The notes: generated by a model from the sequence alone, not told the origin. A stretch of 64,000 bases of DNA from a virus (IMGVR_UViG_3300038443_001692:20889-84888), one strand, 5' to 3'. Counted from the stretch's first letter, positions 1-9,209 are shown. Translations and numbers: made by a program.

Positions 1-1503
1 GTGTTGACGCCGAAGGTTGCAAATAAGCAACAGACGCAGCCGAGCTATGTGCCGAACACGACCTTCGTGTCGGCGCCGCTGCTCAAGAGCGACAGCCGCG
101 CGGCAACCGCCGATATCAGCGCAGTGGCGCGCCAGGCCGCGTCGACGCCGGCGACGATCCGCGCGCTGGCGCGCCTGACGCCGGACCTGTCCGCCGCGGT
201 GAGTGCGTACCTGCGCGTGGGCATCCCGGAAAATTACAAGGTCGTCGCGCGCAACATCGACGGTACGTTCAACCGCGACGCCACCGCCCTGGCTGCTAAC
301 ATCCTGCGCCAGTTCGACCTGATGCCGGACTATGCGTCCGGCTTCTCCCAGGTGGCCAATATCCGCTCGCTGTCCGAAGCCTTGGGCAAGGAGCTCATCA
401 TCGAAGGCGCCGCCGCGATGGAGCTCGTGCTGGACAAGAATCGGATGCCGTACAAGTTCCAGCCGGTGTCGGCCTCGCAGATCATCTTCCGCGAGGACAA
501 GGACACCCAGCACATCTTCCCGCAGCAGCTGATCGCAGGTACCTACATCGACCTGGACCAGCCGACCTTCTTTTACACCTCGCTCGACCAGGACCTGCTG
601 ACCGCATACCCGATCAGCCCGCTGGAAGGCGCGGTGCAGCCGGTGCTGGCGTCGGCTGACTTCGTGTCCGACATGCGCCGCATCTGCAAGCGCCACGTGT
701 TCCCGCGCTACGACGTCGAGATCGACGAGCAGAAGCTGCGCGACCGCATGCCGCCGGAGACGCTGAACGACACGCAGAAGGCGAACGAGTTCCTGAATGC
801 GACGATCTCGTCGATCCAGAGCGTCATCAATACGATGAACCCGGAAGACGCGATCGTCCACTTCGACTTCTTCACCGTCCAGGCGGTGAAGATGGACAGT
901 TCGAACAGCGCGAACGAGTTCGAGACCGTCAAGAACATCTACGACGAGAAGGTGTCGACCGGCGCCAAGGTGATGCCGTCGATCCTGGGTCACGGCTCGG
1001 GCTCGCAAAACGTGGCGAGCACCGAGACCATGATCTTCATGCTCAGCGCCAACGGCATGGTGCGCCTCAAGCTGCAGGAGATCTTCTCCAAGGCGATGAC
1101 GCTGGCCGTCCGCCTGTTCGGCATGGACGTCACCGTCGAGTTCAAGTACGACTCGATCAACCTGCGTCCGGACAGCGAGCTCGAGTCGTTCCGCGCGATG
1201 AAGCAGGCCCGCATCCTCGAGCTGCTCAGCCTTGGGCTGATGACCGACGACGAAGCGTCGCTCGAGCTGACGGGCGAACTGACCCCGGTCGGGTTCAAGC
1301 CGCTGTCGGGCACCGGCTTCTTCACGCCGATCACGGGCCCGGGCGAGCGCGGCAATCCTGCCGCCGGCGGCGCCGGCGATGGCTCGTCGAGTGACCCGAC
1401 CAACCCGAACAAAAAAGCGTCGCCGCTGGGCAACAAGCAGGGCGCCGCGCAGCAGGGGCAGAAATCCGACGCGCCCAGCAAACCAAAAGGACCGCAAAAA
1501 TGA
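1..1503 (+). CDS. Probable portal protein (5' end may be cut by the window edge)
   Basis: 500-aa ORF with phage-typical codon usage, immediately upstream of the S49 head protease, scaffold and capsid genes; low-complexity G/P/Q/K C-tail. Assignment rests mainly on synteny. Confidence 0.72.
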   Translation: MLTPKVANKQQTQPSYVPNTTFVSAPLLKSDSRAATADISAVARQAASTPATIRALARLTPDLSAAVSAYLRVGIPENYKVVARNIDGTFNRDATALAANILRQFDLMPDYASGFSQVANIRSLSEALGKELIIEGAAAMELVLDKNRMPYKFQPVSASQIIFREDKDTQHIFPQQLIAGTYIDLDQPTFFYTSLDQDLLTAYPISPLEGAVQPVLASADFVSDMRRICKRHVFPRYDVEIDEQKLRDRMPPETLNDTQKANEFLNATISSIQSVINTMNPEDAIVHFDFFTVQAVKMDSSNSANEFETVKNIYDEKVSTGAKVMPSILGHGSGSQNVASTETMIFMLSANGMVRLKLQEIFSKAMTLAVRLFGMDVTVEFKYDSINLRPDSELESFRAMKQARILELLSLGLMTDDEASLELTGELTPVGFKPLSGTGFFTPITGPGERGNPAAGGAGDGSSSDPTNPNKKASPLGNKQGAAQQGQKSDAPSKPKGPQK

Positions 1504-2300
1504 GCCACATTCTCTGGGCCGGCTCCGAGGAGAGCTATGAGGTAGTGCTGCGCGCGCAGGCCAGCGTGCAGGCCATGGCCCGCCAGATCCTGGCCGGCGA
1601 GGCTGAGCAGCCCGACACGCCGAAGGCGTGGCAGAAGCAGGGCAACCTTGCGATCGTGCCCATCTCCGGCTCGCTCATCATGGGCAAGGCTGGTTGGATG
1701 GCTTTCTTCGGCTGCTCCGGCTACGAGGACATCGAGTCCGCGCTGACCGAGGCCGCGCTGGATCCGGACGTCAAGTCGATCCTGATGCTGGTGAAATCCG
1801 GCGGCGGCGCCGCGCAGGGCGCGCAGCCGCTGGCCGATTACATCAGCCAGGTCAAGAAGATCAAGCCGATCTCCTCGCACATCGCCACGACCGGCGCGTC
1901 CGCCGCGTACTGGGCCGCCAGCGCGGCGGACGGCATCACGATCGACCCGATGGCCATCGCCGGTTCGATCGGCGCCGTGATGATCCACACCTCGATCGCG
2001 CGCCAACTTGCCGACGCCGGCGTGGACAAGACCGTGATCCGCTCGGGCGAATTCAAGATGCTGGGCAATCCGTACGAGCCGCTATCGGACGCCGCCAAGG
2101 CTGAGATGCAGGCCCAGGTGAACGACGTCAACGCAATGTTCGAAGCCCATGTGGCAAAGATGCGCGGCGTTTCGACCGACGAGGTCAGCGCACGCATGGG
2201 CCAGGGCAAGACCTTCCTCGGCAAGCGCGCGGTGACCGCGGGCCTGGTCGATAAGGTGCAGACGCTCGATCAAGCTGTTGCCGCAGCGAAAAATCGTTGA
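1500..2300 (+). CDS. Head maturation protease, S49 (SppA/ClpP-like) family
   Basis: Motifs DPDVKSILMLVKSGGG, GASAAYWAASAAD (catalytic Ser), AGSIGAV and IRSGEFK; ATGA overlap with the portal stop. Confidence 0.9.
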   Translation: MSHILWAGSEESYEVVLRAQASVQAMARQILAGEAEQPDTPKAWQKQGNLAIVPISGSLIMGKAGWMAFFGCSGYEDIESALTEAALDPDVKSILMLVKSGGGAAQGAQPLADYISQVKKIKPISSHIATTGASAAYWAASAADGITIDPMAIAGSIGAVMIHTSIARQLADAGVDKTVIRSGEFKMLGNPYEPLSDAAKAEMQAQVNDVNAMFEAHVAKMRGVSTDEVSARMGQGKTFLGKRAVTAGLVDKVQTLDQAVAAAKNR

Positions 2301-2325
2301 CACAGCAAAAATCGTGCCCAATAAT
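2297..2325 (+). promoter_or_regulatory. Sigma70-like promoter TTGACA-N17-AATAAT for scaffold/capsid genes
   Basis: Perfect -35 overlapping the protease stop codon, 17-nt spacer, 5/6 match at -10. Confidence 0.7.
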
Positions 2326-2350
2326 TGCCACTGTTCAAAAGGATGCTCAA

Positions 2351-2986
2351 ATGAAACTCAATAAAGCCCAGCTTGCTGCCCTGGCCGCAGGCGCAACCGA
2401 AGCAGAAATCGCGGCACTCGCCACGGTGGCCGATCCGGCCGATGCAGCTGCTGGCGCTGGTACGACCGCAGCCGCCGGCACGACTGACGTCGCTGATGCG
2501 GGTACGACCACGACCGATACGACCACGGCCGGCACGACCGCGAGCGGCACCACCGAAGCCGCGGACACCACGACGGCTACGACCGCCATCGCCGCCGCTG
2601 TCGCCGCCGCCGCGCCGGCCGTCACCGATCAGACCGCAATCGTCGATCACCTGAAGGCTGAGCTGGTCGCCAAGGACACCGCACTGATCGCGGCCAAGGT
2701 GGAAGCCGAGACCTTCAAGGCTCAGGCAGCCGCCGTCGACGGCCTGGTCACCACCCTGCGCGCCGCGCTGGGCGAAAAGCTGGTGGCGCTGGGCGCCTCG
2801 GCTGACGTCGCCGCCGGCTACAGCGCCGCGAATATCGTTGCGGAGTACGCCCGCATCGACGCCGTTTTCAAGAAGCAGTTCCGTGTCGGTGGTGTCGCCG
2901 CCGTCGCGTCGCCGGAAGAAAAGGACGCCAAACCTGCCATCGACCCGATGCTGGCTGAGGCGCTGAAACACTCTCTCATCAAGTAA
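2351..2986 (+). CDS. Probable capsid scaffolding protein
   Basis: ATG at 2351; Ala/Thr low-complexity N-half, coiled-coil-like C-half; lies between protease and decoration/capsid genes. Confidence 0.6.
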   Translation: MKLNKAQLAALAAGATEAEIAALATVADPADAAAGAGTTAAAGTTDVADAGTTTTDTTTAGTTASGTTEAADTTTATTAIAAAVAAAAPAVTDQTAIVDHLKAELVAKDTALIAAKVEAETFKAQAAAVDGLVTTLRAALGEKLVALGASADVAAGYSAANIVAEYARIDAVFKKQFRVGGVAAVASPEEKDAKPAIDPMLAEALKHSLIK

Positions 2987-2998
2987 TAGGGGATCACC

Positions 2999-3550
2999 AT
3001 GTCCAAAGCACATTACATCGTACCGACGGGTGCTACCCCCGACGTCATGACCGTCCGCCTCGGCTCTGCCATCGCGGTCGGCGGCGTCCCGGGCACCGGC
3101 GGCTCCATGACGCCCGGCGTCGACGACGGCAAGCTGGTCAAGCTGGTCGGTGAATCGCAGTATGACGTGTGCGCCAATGGCGACATGATCGAAGGCTGCA
3201 TCACCTCGGTCGAGCAGGCCACCGCCGGCGGCTGGACCATCGGCGGCATCATCGAGGAAGAAGAGCTCTTCGTTACCGCGAACGGCCTGCAGGCCACGCC
3301 GGGCACCGGCAACCTTGCGGTCGGCGACTACGTCGTGGCTGGCGCCCAGGAAGCCAAGGGCACCAAGATGGTCAACACCTTCCCGCTCGTGGTCAAGTCG
3401 ACCGTCCAGCTGGGCACCACCCCGGCAGATCTGACCGCCGCCGGCGTCCAGTCGAAGCTGGCCCTTTTCGCCTGGCGCGTTGTGTCGCTGGGTACCGCAG
3501 GTACCGGCGCCCCCGGCACCACCATCGTCATTTCTCGCGTCGGGAGCTAA
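2999..3550 (+). CDS. Probable head decoration (cement) protein
   Basis: 183-aa Gly/Thr/Val-rich beta protein directly before the capsid gene, in the lambda gpD-like position. Confidence 0.6.
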   Translation: MSKAHYIVPTGATPDVMTVRLGSAIAVGGVPGTGGSMTPGVDDGKLVKLVGESQYDVCANGDMIEGCITSVEQATAGGWTIGGIIEEEELFVTANGLQATPGTGNLAVGDYVVAGAQEAKGTKMVNTFPLVVKSTVQLGTTPADLTAAGVQSKLALFAWRVVSLGTAGTGAPGTTIVISRVGS

Positions 3551-3556
3551 TCAATC

Positions 3557-4771
3557 ATGGCATTCATCATCGACTCCAAGGGTGGCCAGCACGAAGTCAA
3601 GCTGGACGCATCCATCTATATCGAGGCAAAGGACCAGAAGAAGTCGGTCCCGCAGCTGCTGAACTCGAAGTACAAGGACATCGACCCCTCCAAGGGCTCG
3701 GCGTTCGCCCAGCTGTGCGCTTCGGAAGGCATCATCACCGCGCCCAAGGAGAACCCCTTCGGCCTGCGCGCGCCGACCATCGCCGAGATCCTCGACGGTA
3801 CCAGCGGCTTCCAGTCGGCTGTGACCAACACCGAGCAGCGCGGTACGCCGTTCGGCACCCAGTCGCGCACCCTGTTCCCGGCCGCGCTGATCGCATATGT
3901 CGAAGCCCAGGTGGCCGTCGACCGCAAGTCCGACACCGTCATGTTCGAAGACATGGTGGCGCAGAAGTTGTCGATCGGCGGCGACGTGTTCGAACAGCCG
4001 ATCATCAACTACAACAACGGCAACGGTCCGCAGCAGGCCAAGCACCAGCGCATCGCGCAGATGGCTGATACGCCGACGATGCTGGCGATCACCACCAGCG
4101 ACAAGTTCCGTCGTCTGCCGACCTACGGTATGGGCATCGAGATGTCGGCCCAGGCCGCCAAGGCTTCGACCATCGACACCTTGGCCTTCACGGTCAAGCG
4201 CTACCTGGAAGTCGAGAAAGACCAGCGCATCTACAACTACCTGTCGAGCCTGTGGACCGGCGACAACGACATGGTGACGGGTTCCATCCCGGTCGTGACC
4301 GCTTCGACGCTGGACGCAGCTGCCACCGGCGGCGTGATGACGCACAAGGCCTGGATGAAGTTCCTGGCGCGCAACCGCAAGAAGCGTCGCATCACCCACA
4401 TCATCGGCGACATCGACGCCTACCTGGCGTACGAATCGCGTACCGGCCGTCCGGGCCTGTCGGCTTACGATCCGCGCCTGTCGACCATCGACGCGCAGGT
4501 CGCGCTGCAGAACTCGAACTTCGCCCAGGACGTGAAGTTCTTCCTGGTCGAGAAGGCTGTGGACGGCGGCCCGGTGCCGGCAAACACCATCTGGGCAGTC
4601 GACGCTTCGCAGGCGATCACGATGGTGACCAACACCGAAGCCGAATACACCGCGGTCGAAAGCTTCGTCTCGCGCCGCAGCGAGAAGATGGTCATGCACT
4701 GGTCGGCTGAAGTGTTCCGCTTCTTCGGCGATTCGGAGCTCAGCCCGTTCGACGCGCTGTACTTCGGCTAA
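3557..4771 (+). CDS. Major capsid protein (HK97 fold expected)
   Basis: 404 aa, very strong codon bias, head-module position, followed by a strong terminator. Confidence 0.8.
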   Translation: MAFIIDSKGGQHEVKLDASIYIEAKDQKKSVPQLLNSKYKDIDPSKGSAFAQLCASEGIITAPKENPFGLRAPTIAEILDGTSGFQSAVTNTEQRGTPFGTQSRTLFPAALIAYVEAQVAVDRKSDTVMFEDMVAQKLSIGGDVFEQPIINYNNGNGPQQAKHQRIAQMADTPTMLAITTSDKFRRLPTYGMGIEMSAQAAKASTIDTLAFTVKRYLEVEKDQRIYNYLSSLWTGDNDMVTGSIPVVTASTLDAAATGGVMTHKAWMKFLARNRKKRRITHIIGDIDAYLAYESRTGRPGLSAYDPRLSTIDAQVALQNSNFAQDVKFFLVEKAVDGGPVPANTIWAVDASQAITMVTNTEAEYTAVESFVSRRSEKMVMHWSAEVFRFFGDSELSPFDALYFG

Positions 4772-4786
4772 TCCAGCCGACCCCGT

Positions 4787-4812
4787 AAAACGGCCCTTCG
4801 GGGCCGTTTTTA
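4787..4812 (+). terminator. Rho-independent terminator after the capsid gene
   Basis: AAAACGGCCC-TTCG-GGGCCGTTTT-TA: 10-bp stem, UUCG loop, U tract. Confidence 0.9.
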
Positions 4813-4828
4813 TTGATAGCAAACCTCG

Positions 4829-4857
4829 TTGCCACCTGACAGTTTCCGTGGCACAAT
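4829..4857 (+). promoter_or_regulatory. Sigma70-like promoter TTGCCA-N17-CACAAT with extended -10 TG
   Basis: Immediately after the terminator; 6-bp inverted repeat TGCCAC/GTGGCA spans -35 to -10. Confidence 0.6.
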
Positions 4858-4885
4858 CCCTTGCACTCACCACTCAGGAGAATTT

Positions 4886-5194
4886 ATGAACATCGCAGAC
4901 AAGAACGGCACCTGGTTGCAGAACGAGGGCCAGTACGCCATGGTCGACCCGATCTCCGGCACTCGCTTCGAACCGGGCGAGCCGATCAAGGCGACCCACA
5001 CCCAGTGGGTCAAGGATCAGCCGACCATCAAGCGCTGCGGCGATCCGACGTCGGACCTGTCCGAGAAGGATGCGATCCGCCTGGCAGCTCAGAACGAGGC
5101 CGACGAGCGTGCACGCCAGGAAGCGCTGGCCGCGGCCGAAGCCGCCCAGGCCGCCGCGCGCGGCGAGCAACCTGCTGGCGAGGTGCAGGCATGA
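4886..5194 (+). CDS. Hypothetical protein (102 aa)
   Basis: CAGGAG RBS, ATG at 4886, ATGA overlap with the next gene. Confidence 0.7.
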   Translation: MNIADKNGTWLQNEGQYAMVDPISGTRFEPGEPIKATHTQWVKDQPTIKRCGDPTSDLSEKDAIRLAAQNEADERARQEALAAAEAAQAAARGEQPAGEVQA

Positions 5195-5433
5195 GCACCA
5201 CCATGCGCGCAAAGCTGCAAATCAACCGCATCGAGCAGTTCGCCACCTGCGAAACCTTGCACTTCAACGCGGTCTGCGCCAAGTCGTACCCGACGGACGG
5301 CAGCGACGAGGACAACACCTTCGCCAAATTCTCTCCCTCGGCGACCCTGCAGATCCAGATCACCAATCCGGCGCTGCTGGGTCAGTTCAAGGTCGGCGAG
5401 AAATACTACGTCGATTTCACGCCGGCCGAGTGA
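5191..5433 (+). CDS. Small conserved-looking phage protein (80 aa)
   Basis: RAKLQI...NTFAKFSPSATLQIQITNP...YYVDFTPAE pattern, recalled as a widespread phage hypothetical family. Confidence 0.72.
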   Translation: MSTTMRAKLQINRIEQFATCETLHFNAVCAKSYPTDGSDEDNTFAKFSPSATLQIQITNPALLGQFKVGEKYYVDFTPAE

Positions 5434-5450
5434 TCCAGGCCGCGCCACAG

Positions 5451-5480
5451 AAAGCCCGCCCACGAGGCGGGCTTTTCTTT
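5451..5480 (+). terminator. Rho-independent terminator
   Basis: AAAGCCCGCC-CACGA-GGCGGGCTTT-TCTTT. Confidence 0.85.
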
Positions 5481-5506
5481 GCCAGAAGCAATTTCTGTGC
5501 CACAAT
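5479..5506 (+). promoter_or_regulatory. Sigma70-like promoter TTGCCA-N16-CACAAT with extended -10 TG
   Basis: Same -35 and -10 hexamers as the 4829 promoter; directly after a terminator and before the AAGGAG RBS of 5528. Confidence 0.55.
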
Positions 5507-5527
5507 ATCTCCATCCAAGGAGAAACT

Positions 5528-6013
5528 ATGGCCAATCTCGTCACCACCGACAGCGTGCGCGCCGTGCTGGGCGTCTCTGCCCAGGAACTGCCCGACAGCG
5601 TCCTGACCAACTCGATCTATTCGGTGCGCCTGAGCGAGGATCTGCGCGATCTGAATTCGCAAATGGTCTCCGATTTCATCACGATCTCGGCGCTCGCCAG
5701 CCCGACGCCAGACCAGACGCGCTTCATCGACCTGCTGCAGACGTACGCTGCGTACAACGTGGCACGCCAGTGCCTGGTCTCCCTGCCGATGTTCGCGCCC
5801 CTCACGATCAAGGACGAGAAGGCCGAGCTCACGCGCAACGTCAACTCGTATGCGCAGCTCAAGACGGACGTGGGCGAGGTGCTGTCGATCATGCGCACGC
5901 GGTTGCTGACGGCGTACACGGCAGTGAATTCGTCCGCGCTGGCACCGACCGTGACCGACCGCGTGTTCGGCCTTGCAGTCGGCCTTGGTACCGATCCGGT
6001 CACGGGATCCTGA
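5528..6013 (+). CDS. Probable head-tail adaptor/connector
   Basis: Helical 161-aa protein with an N-terminal LVTTDSVRAVLGV motif typical of gp6/gp15-like adaptors; synteny. Confidence 0.6.
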   Translation: MANLVTTDSVRAVLGVSAQELPDSVLTNSIYSVRLSEDLRDLNSQMVSDFITISALASPTPDQTRFIDLLQTYAAYNVARQCLVSLPMFAPLTIKDEKAELTRNVNSYAQLKTDVGEVLSIMRTRLLTAYTAVNSSALAPTVTDRVFGLAVGLGTDPVTGS

Positions 6014-6015
6014 TC

Positions 6016-6855
6016 ATGGAATTTTCCGCCGTCGCCTCGTACTTCAACAACGATCCGGTGTACGACGCGTACACGGGCGCCTACCTGTTCAACTGCCATT
6101 CGAAGGCGAACACGGACCAGACGTCGGCCGGCGCCACAATTCGCCGGCGATCGATGACGACGACCGTCGATGTGACCGCGCCGGCGCGCGGCGTGATCAC
6201 GCTGCTGGGCGAACCCTGGCTTGTGGGTAACAGCACGGTTGACAGCTTCCAGGGTGTGGAGGTGCGGCGTGTCTGGGACATCAAGCGCGGCACCAGCGCG
6301 CTGGAAATGCTCACGCCGGCCCAGGCTTGCGCGGATGCCGAGGGCGTTGGGCTGTATGCCCAGAAGGAGCTGTACAAGGATTCCGGCAACCCGAAAGCGT
6401 ACAGCGACTGGGATCCGTTGTGGAGCATCTCCGTGGCGCGCGCGGAGGCTGATGGCGCGCGCGGCAAGTTCCTGCGCGAGGGCACCAAACTCTATCGGAT
6501 CCGCGGCACCTACGCCGAGATCAATGGCCTGGCCGTGCTGGAAGCCGACGAGCTCGACGCCGACGCGCGCCAGGACGCAACGTTCATCACGACCGGCCGG
6601 CTCGACCTGCAGACCGACAAACTGGAGGTGATCTCAAACACCTTGCCGGTGGTGCAGGCTGATTCGCTCAAGTTCTACCGTTATCGCGTCCAGGCCGAGG
6701 CCGACAACCAGCCGGGCGACCGCGTGGTGTTCGTTGCGGCCGCCAGCATCGCACCGGTCCCCAACAGCGAGCTGACGATGATGGGCATGCGCTGGCGCGT
6801 GCTGACCACGATCGTGGAGCAGGATGCGCGTGTCCTGCGCGTGAGGCCAGTGTGA
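6016..6855 (+). CDS. Probable head closure/neck protein
   Basis: Start at ATG 6016 (the upstream part of the 5479 ORF overlaps 5528-6013 and is not coding); beta-rich; synteny. Confidence 0.5.
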   Translation: MEFSAVASYFNNDPVYDAYTGAYLFNCHSKANTDQTSAGATIRRRSMTTTVDVTAPARGVITLLGEPWLVGNSTVDSFQGVEVRRVWDIKRGTSALEMLTPAQACADAEGVGLYAQKELYKDSGNPKAYSDWDPLWSISVARAEADGARGKFLREGTKLYRIRGTYAEINGLAVLEADELDADARQDATFITTGRLDLQTDKLEVISNTLPVVQADSLKFYRYRVQAEADNQPGDRVVFVAAASIAPVPNSELTMMGMRWRVLTTIVEQDARVLRVRPV

Positions 6856-7400
6856 TCGCGGTGCGCGCGGATACGATCCGCCTGAACCTGCAGAAGCTCA
6901 AGGCCGTGCGCAAGAAGATCGCTGATACGGCCGACGGGCGCTTTCGCCAAAAGCTGTACTACCTGTACGAGCGGCTGGTGATCGTGTCGCCGCAATACTC
7001 GGGCGATTTCACCAGCAACTGGAACATCGTCGTCGACGGCAACATGCCGGTCTACAAGCCGTGGCCCGGGAAGTTCGATCTGCCGATGCGCGCGCATACG
7101 CACGACAACGGCACGACAGCCTACGCCGCGCAGCCGCACCAGGCCGGCGATCCGGAGGCGGTCAATTCCGCGAAGGCGCGCGGCGCGGCGCAGCTCCGCG
7201 GCGTGACGATGAAGAGCCGTGTGCACTTCGTCAACGCGACCGAGCTGCGCGTCGACGAGACCGGCCACCTGATGGAGGGGCCGGACGGCGTCGAGCGCCT
7301 GCGGCCGGAGAACGTTATCCCGACCGGCACCAGCCTTGAGGTCTACGTCAAGACGCTGGCCCAGAACATCAAACCCAAACCACTGCCGGAGGCCGAATGA
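6852..7400 (+). CDS. Probable neck/tail completion protein (HK97 gp10-like position)
   Basis: GTG start overlapping the previous stop; SPQYSGDFTSNWNI resembles the P-x-x-T/S-G-x-x-x-x-x-W pattern of this family. Confidence 0.5.
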   Translation: MIAVRADTIRLNLQKLKAVRKKIADTADGRFRQKLYYLYERLVIVSPQYSGDFTSNWNIVVDGNMPVYKPWPGKFDLPMRAHTHDNGTTAYAAQPHQAGDPEAVNSAKARGAAQLRGVTMKSRVHFVNATELRVDETGHLMEGPDGVERLRPENVIPTGTSLEVYVKTLAQNIKPKPLPEAE

Positions 7401-7825
7401 GCGTCACCATGAACCAGAGCCAGGCGCGCGCCGCGATCATGGCCATCGTCGATCAGATCGTGATCGATCACACCGACTATCCGCTGGTGGTCGAAACCAC
7501 CAACCGTGCCGTGGTCAACCTTGCCACCCAGGCCGACCCGTTCCTGCAGATCAGCGTCCAGCACCTGCACGGCGAGCAGGCCGAACTTGGGTTCAATCCG
7601 AACATCCGGAACGACGGCCAGATCCTCATCTCCGCGGTGGTCAAGGAGGGCGCCGGTGTGGCCGATGCCGAGGCGCTGCTCGACTTCGTGCTGCCCTATT
7701 TCAGCACCCAGGCGTTCGGTGTGCTGCAGTGCGAGGCGGCAGCGCGCGTGCGCGGCCGGTCCCACCTTGGGCTGTGGTATCAGCCGGCGATCGTGCCCTT
7801 TTACTATTTCAGCCCGGCACGCTAA
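7397..7825 (+). CDS. Probable tail terminator protein
   Basis: 142 aa, last gene before the tail tube; alternating beta pattern (GQILISAVVKEGAG). Confidence 0.6.
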   Translation: MSVTMNQSQARAAIMAIVDQIVIDHTDYPLVVETTNRAVVNLATQADPFLQISVQHLHGEQAELGFNPNIRNDGQILISAVVKEGAGVADAEALLDFVLPYFSTQAFGVLQCEAAARVRGRSHLGLWYQPAIVPFYYFSPAR

Positions 7826-7840
7826 ATAAACGGCAAACAA

Positions 7841-7891
7841 TTTACACGTGGCAATACTTCTTTGTTAGACTCCGAGAAAATTTCCTCGGAG
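7841..7891 (+). promoter_or_regulatory. Candidate promoter (TTTACA...TG-t-TAGACT) plus hairpin CTCCGAG/CTCGGAG covering the tail-tube RBS
   Basis: AT-rich intergenic stretch; the hairpin's 3' arm contains the GGAG Shine-Dalgarno; the 19-nt spacer is non-optimal. Confidence 0.45.
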
Positions 7892-7898
7892 AATTGTC

Positions 7899-9140
7899 AT
7901 GCCCAACTTCGCAGCAGCCAATCGCGTTCAGCTGGCTTACGTGCCCGAATCCGTTTTCGGCACCATCCCGACCACCGGCAACCCGTATGCTCTGCGCACC
8001 ACGGGCGAATCCCTGGCGTTCAACCTGACCAAGGAGAACGACAAGGAGATCAATCCGACGGCCCAGCTGACCTCCTCGACCACGACCGGTGCCCAGGCCG
8101 ATGGCGACATCAAGGTGCACGTCCAGTACGCGGAATATGACCGCCTGCTGGCCGGCGTGATGCGCTCGAGCTGGAGCGCCTACGGCACCAACGGCGTCGG
8201 CACCACGTTCTCGGCTTCCGTCACGGCCGGTACGCTGGGCACGGTCGCTTCGGTGATCACCGCCGGCGCCGCGCCGACCGGTGCGAACGCATTCACGACC
8301 CTGAAGCCGGGCCAGTGGTTCCGCGTCAACATGCCGGGCGACCCCAACGACGGCAAGCTGGTGCGCAACTCGACCTCGGTTGCCGCTACCTCGACGACCA
8401 TCACACTGGACGTCAACACGCCGCTGGCTGCCTCGACCTCGGTCGCCGGTAGCTCGATCGCGACCTCGCGCCTGACCAACGGTGTCACGCTGCAGCCGTT
8501 CACGATCGAGAAGCAGATGCTGGACGTGGGCCAATACCACACCTTCCGCGGCATGAATGCGTCGAAATTCTCGACCACGTTCGCCTCGAAGTCGCTGACC
8601 GAAGCCACGTTCACTTTCCTTGGCAAGGACATGCTGGCCAACACGTCGACCCAGCTGACGGGCACCGTGGCCGCTTCGAACACGTACGACATCCAGAACG
8701 GCGTGCGCGGCCTGGGCCAGCTGTGGGAAGGCGGCGCGCCGCTGACCTCGACCTCGATCAAGTCGGTGTCGATGGACATCGACAGCGGCTTGCGCGCGCA
8801 GGACGCGGCCGGTACGCTGGGCCTGGTGGGCGTCGGCATTGGCACCTTCAAGGTGACCGGCAAGCTGACGGTCTACTTCGCGACCGGCGCGCTGTACGCC
8901 AAGTTCCTGGCCGACACGTACACCTCGTTCGTGATCGCGACCCAGGACACGGCCGGCAACGGCTACGTCATCACCGCGCCGAAGGTCATGCTGACCAGCG
9001 GTAAAGTGTTGGCCGGCGGCCAGGATACGGATATTATGGCCGAGTTCGATTACACGGCGTACGCGGACAAGACGAACGCTGTCGCTGCCCTGCAGCAGAC
9101 GCTGTTCATCGATCGCGTGGGTGCCGCAGTGGCGCCGTAA
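7899..9140 (+). CDS. Major tail tube protein
   Basis: N-terminal RVQLAYVPESVFGTIP and FTIEKQMLDVGQYHTFRGM tube motifs; followed by a terminator and the chaperone genes. Confidence 0.85.
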   Translation: MPNFAAANRVQLAYVPESVFGTIPTTGNPYALRTTGESLAFNLTKENDKEINPTAQLTSSTTTGAQADGDIKVHVQYAEYDRLLAGVMRSSWSAYGTNGVGTTFSASVTAGTLGTVASVITAGAAPTGANAFTTLKPGQWFRVNMPGDPNDGKLVRNSTSVAATSTTITLDVNTPLAASTSVAGSSIATSRLTNGVTLQPFTIEKQMLDVGQYHTFRGMNASKFSTTFASKSLTEATFTFLGKDMLANTSTQLTGTVAASNTYDIQNGVRGLGQLWEGGAPLTSTSIKSVSMDIDSGLRAQDAAGTLGLVGVGIGTFKVTGKLTVYFATGALYAKFLADTYTSFVIATQDTAGNGYVITAPKVMLTSGKVLAGGQDTDIMAEFDYTAYADKTNAVAALQQTLFIDRVGAAVAP

Positions 9141-9167
9141 CAGTTCTCAGGGGTGGGAAGTGGGTGT

Positions 9168-9198
9168 GGGCGCGGCTTCGGCCGCGCCCTTTTTATTT
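9168..9198 (+). terminator. Rho-independent terminator
   Basis: GGGCGCGGC-TTCG-GCCGCGCCC-TTTTTATTT. Confidence 0.9.
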
Positions 9199-9209
9199 CC
9201 TGCGGGATC

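Noticed and set aside
3548-3559. In-frame stop read-through fusing decoration and capsid genes (TAA TCA ATC ATG); similarly TAA GCC ATG at 50941-50949
   Set aside because: TAA is rarely read through, and a one-in-three chance of being in frame explains it.
5479-6015. N-terminal extension of track ORF 5479..6855
   Set aside because: It overlaps the adaptor gene in another frame with non-protein-like composition; the real start is taken as ATG 6016.
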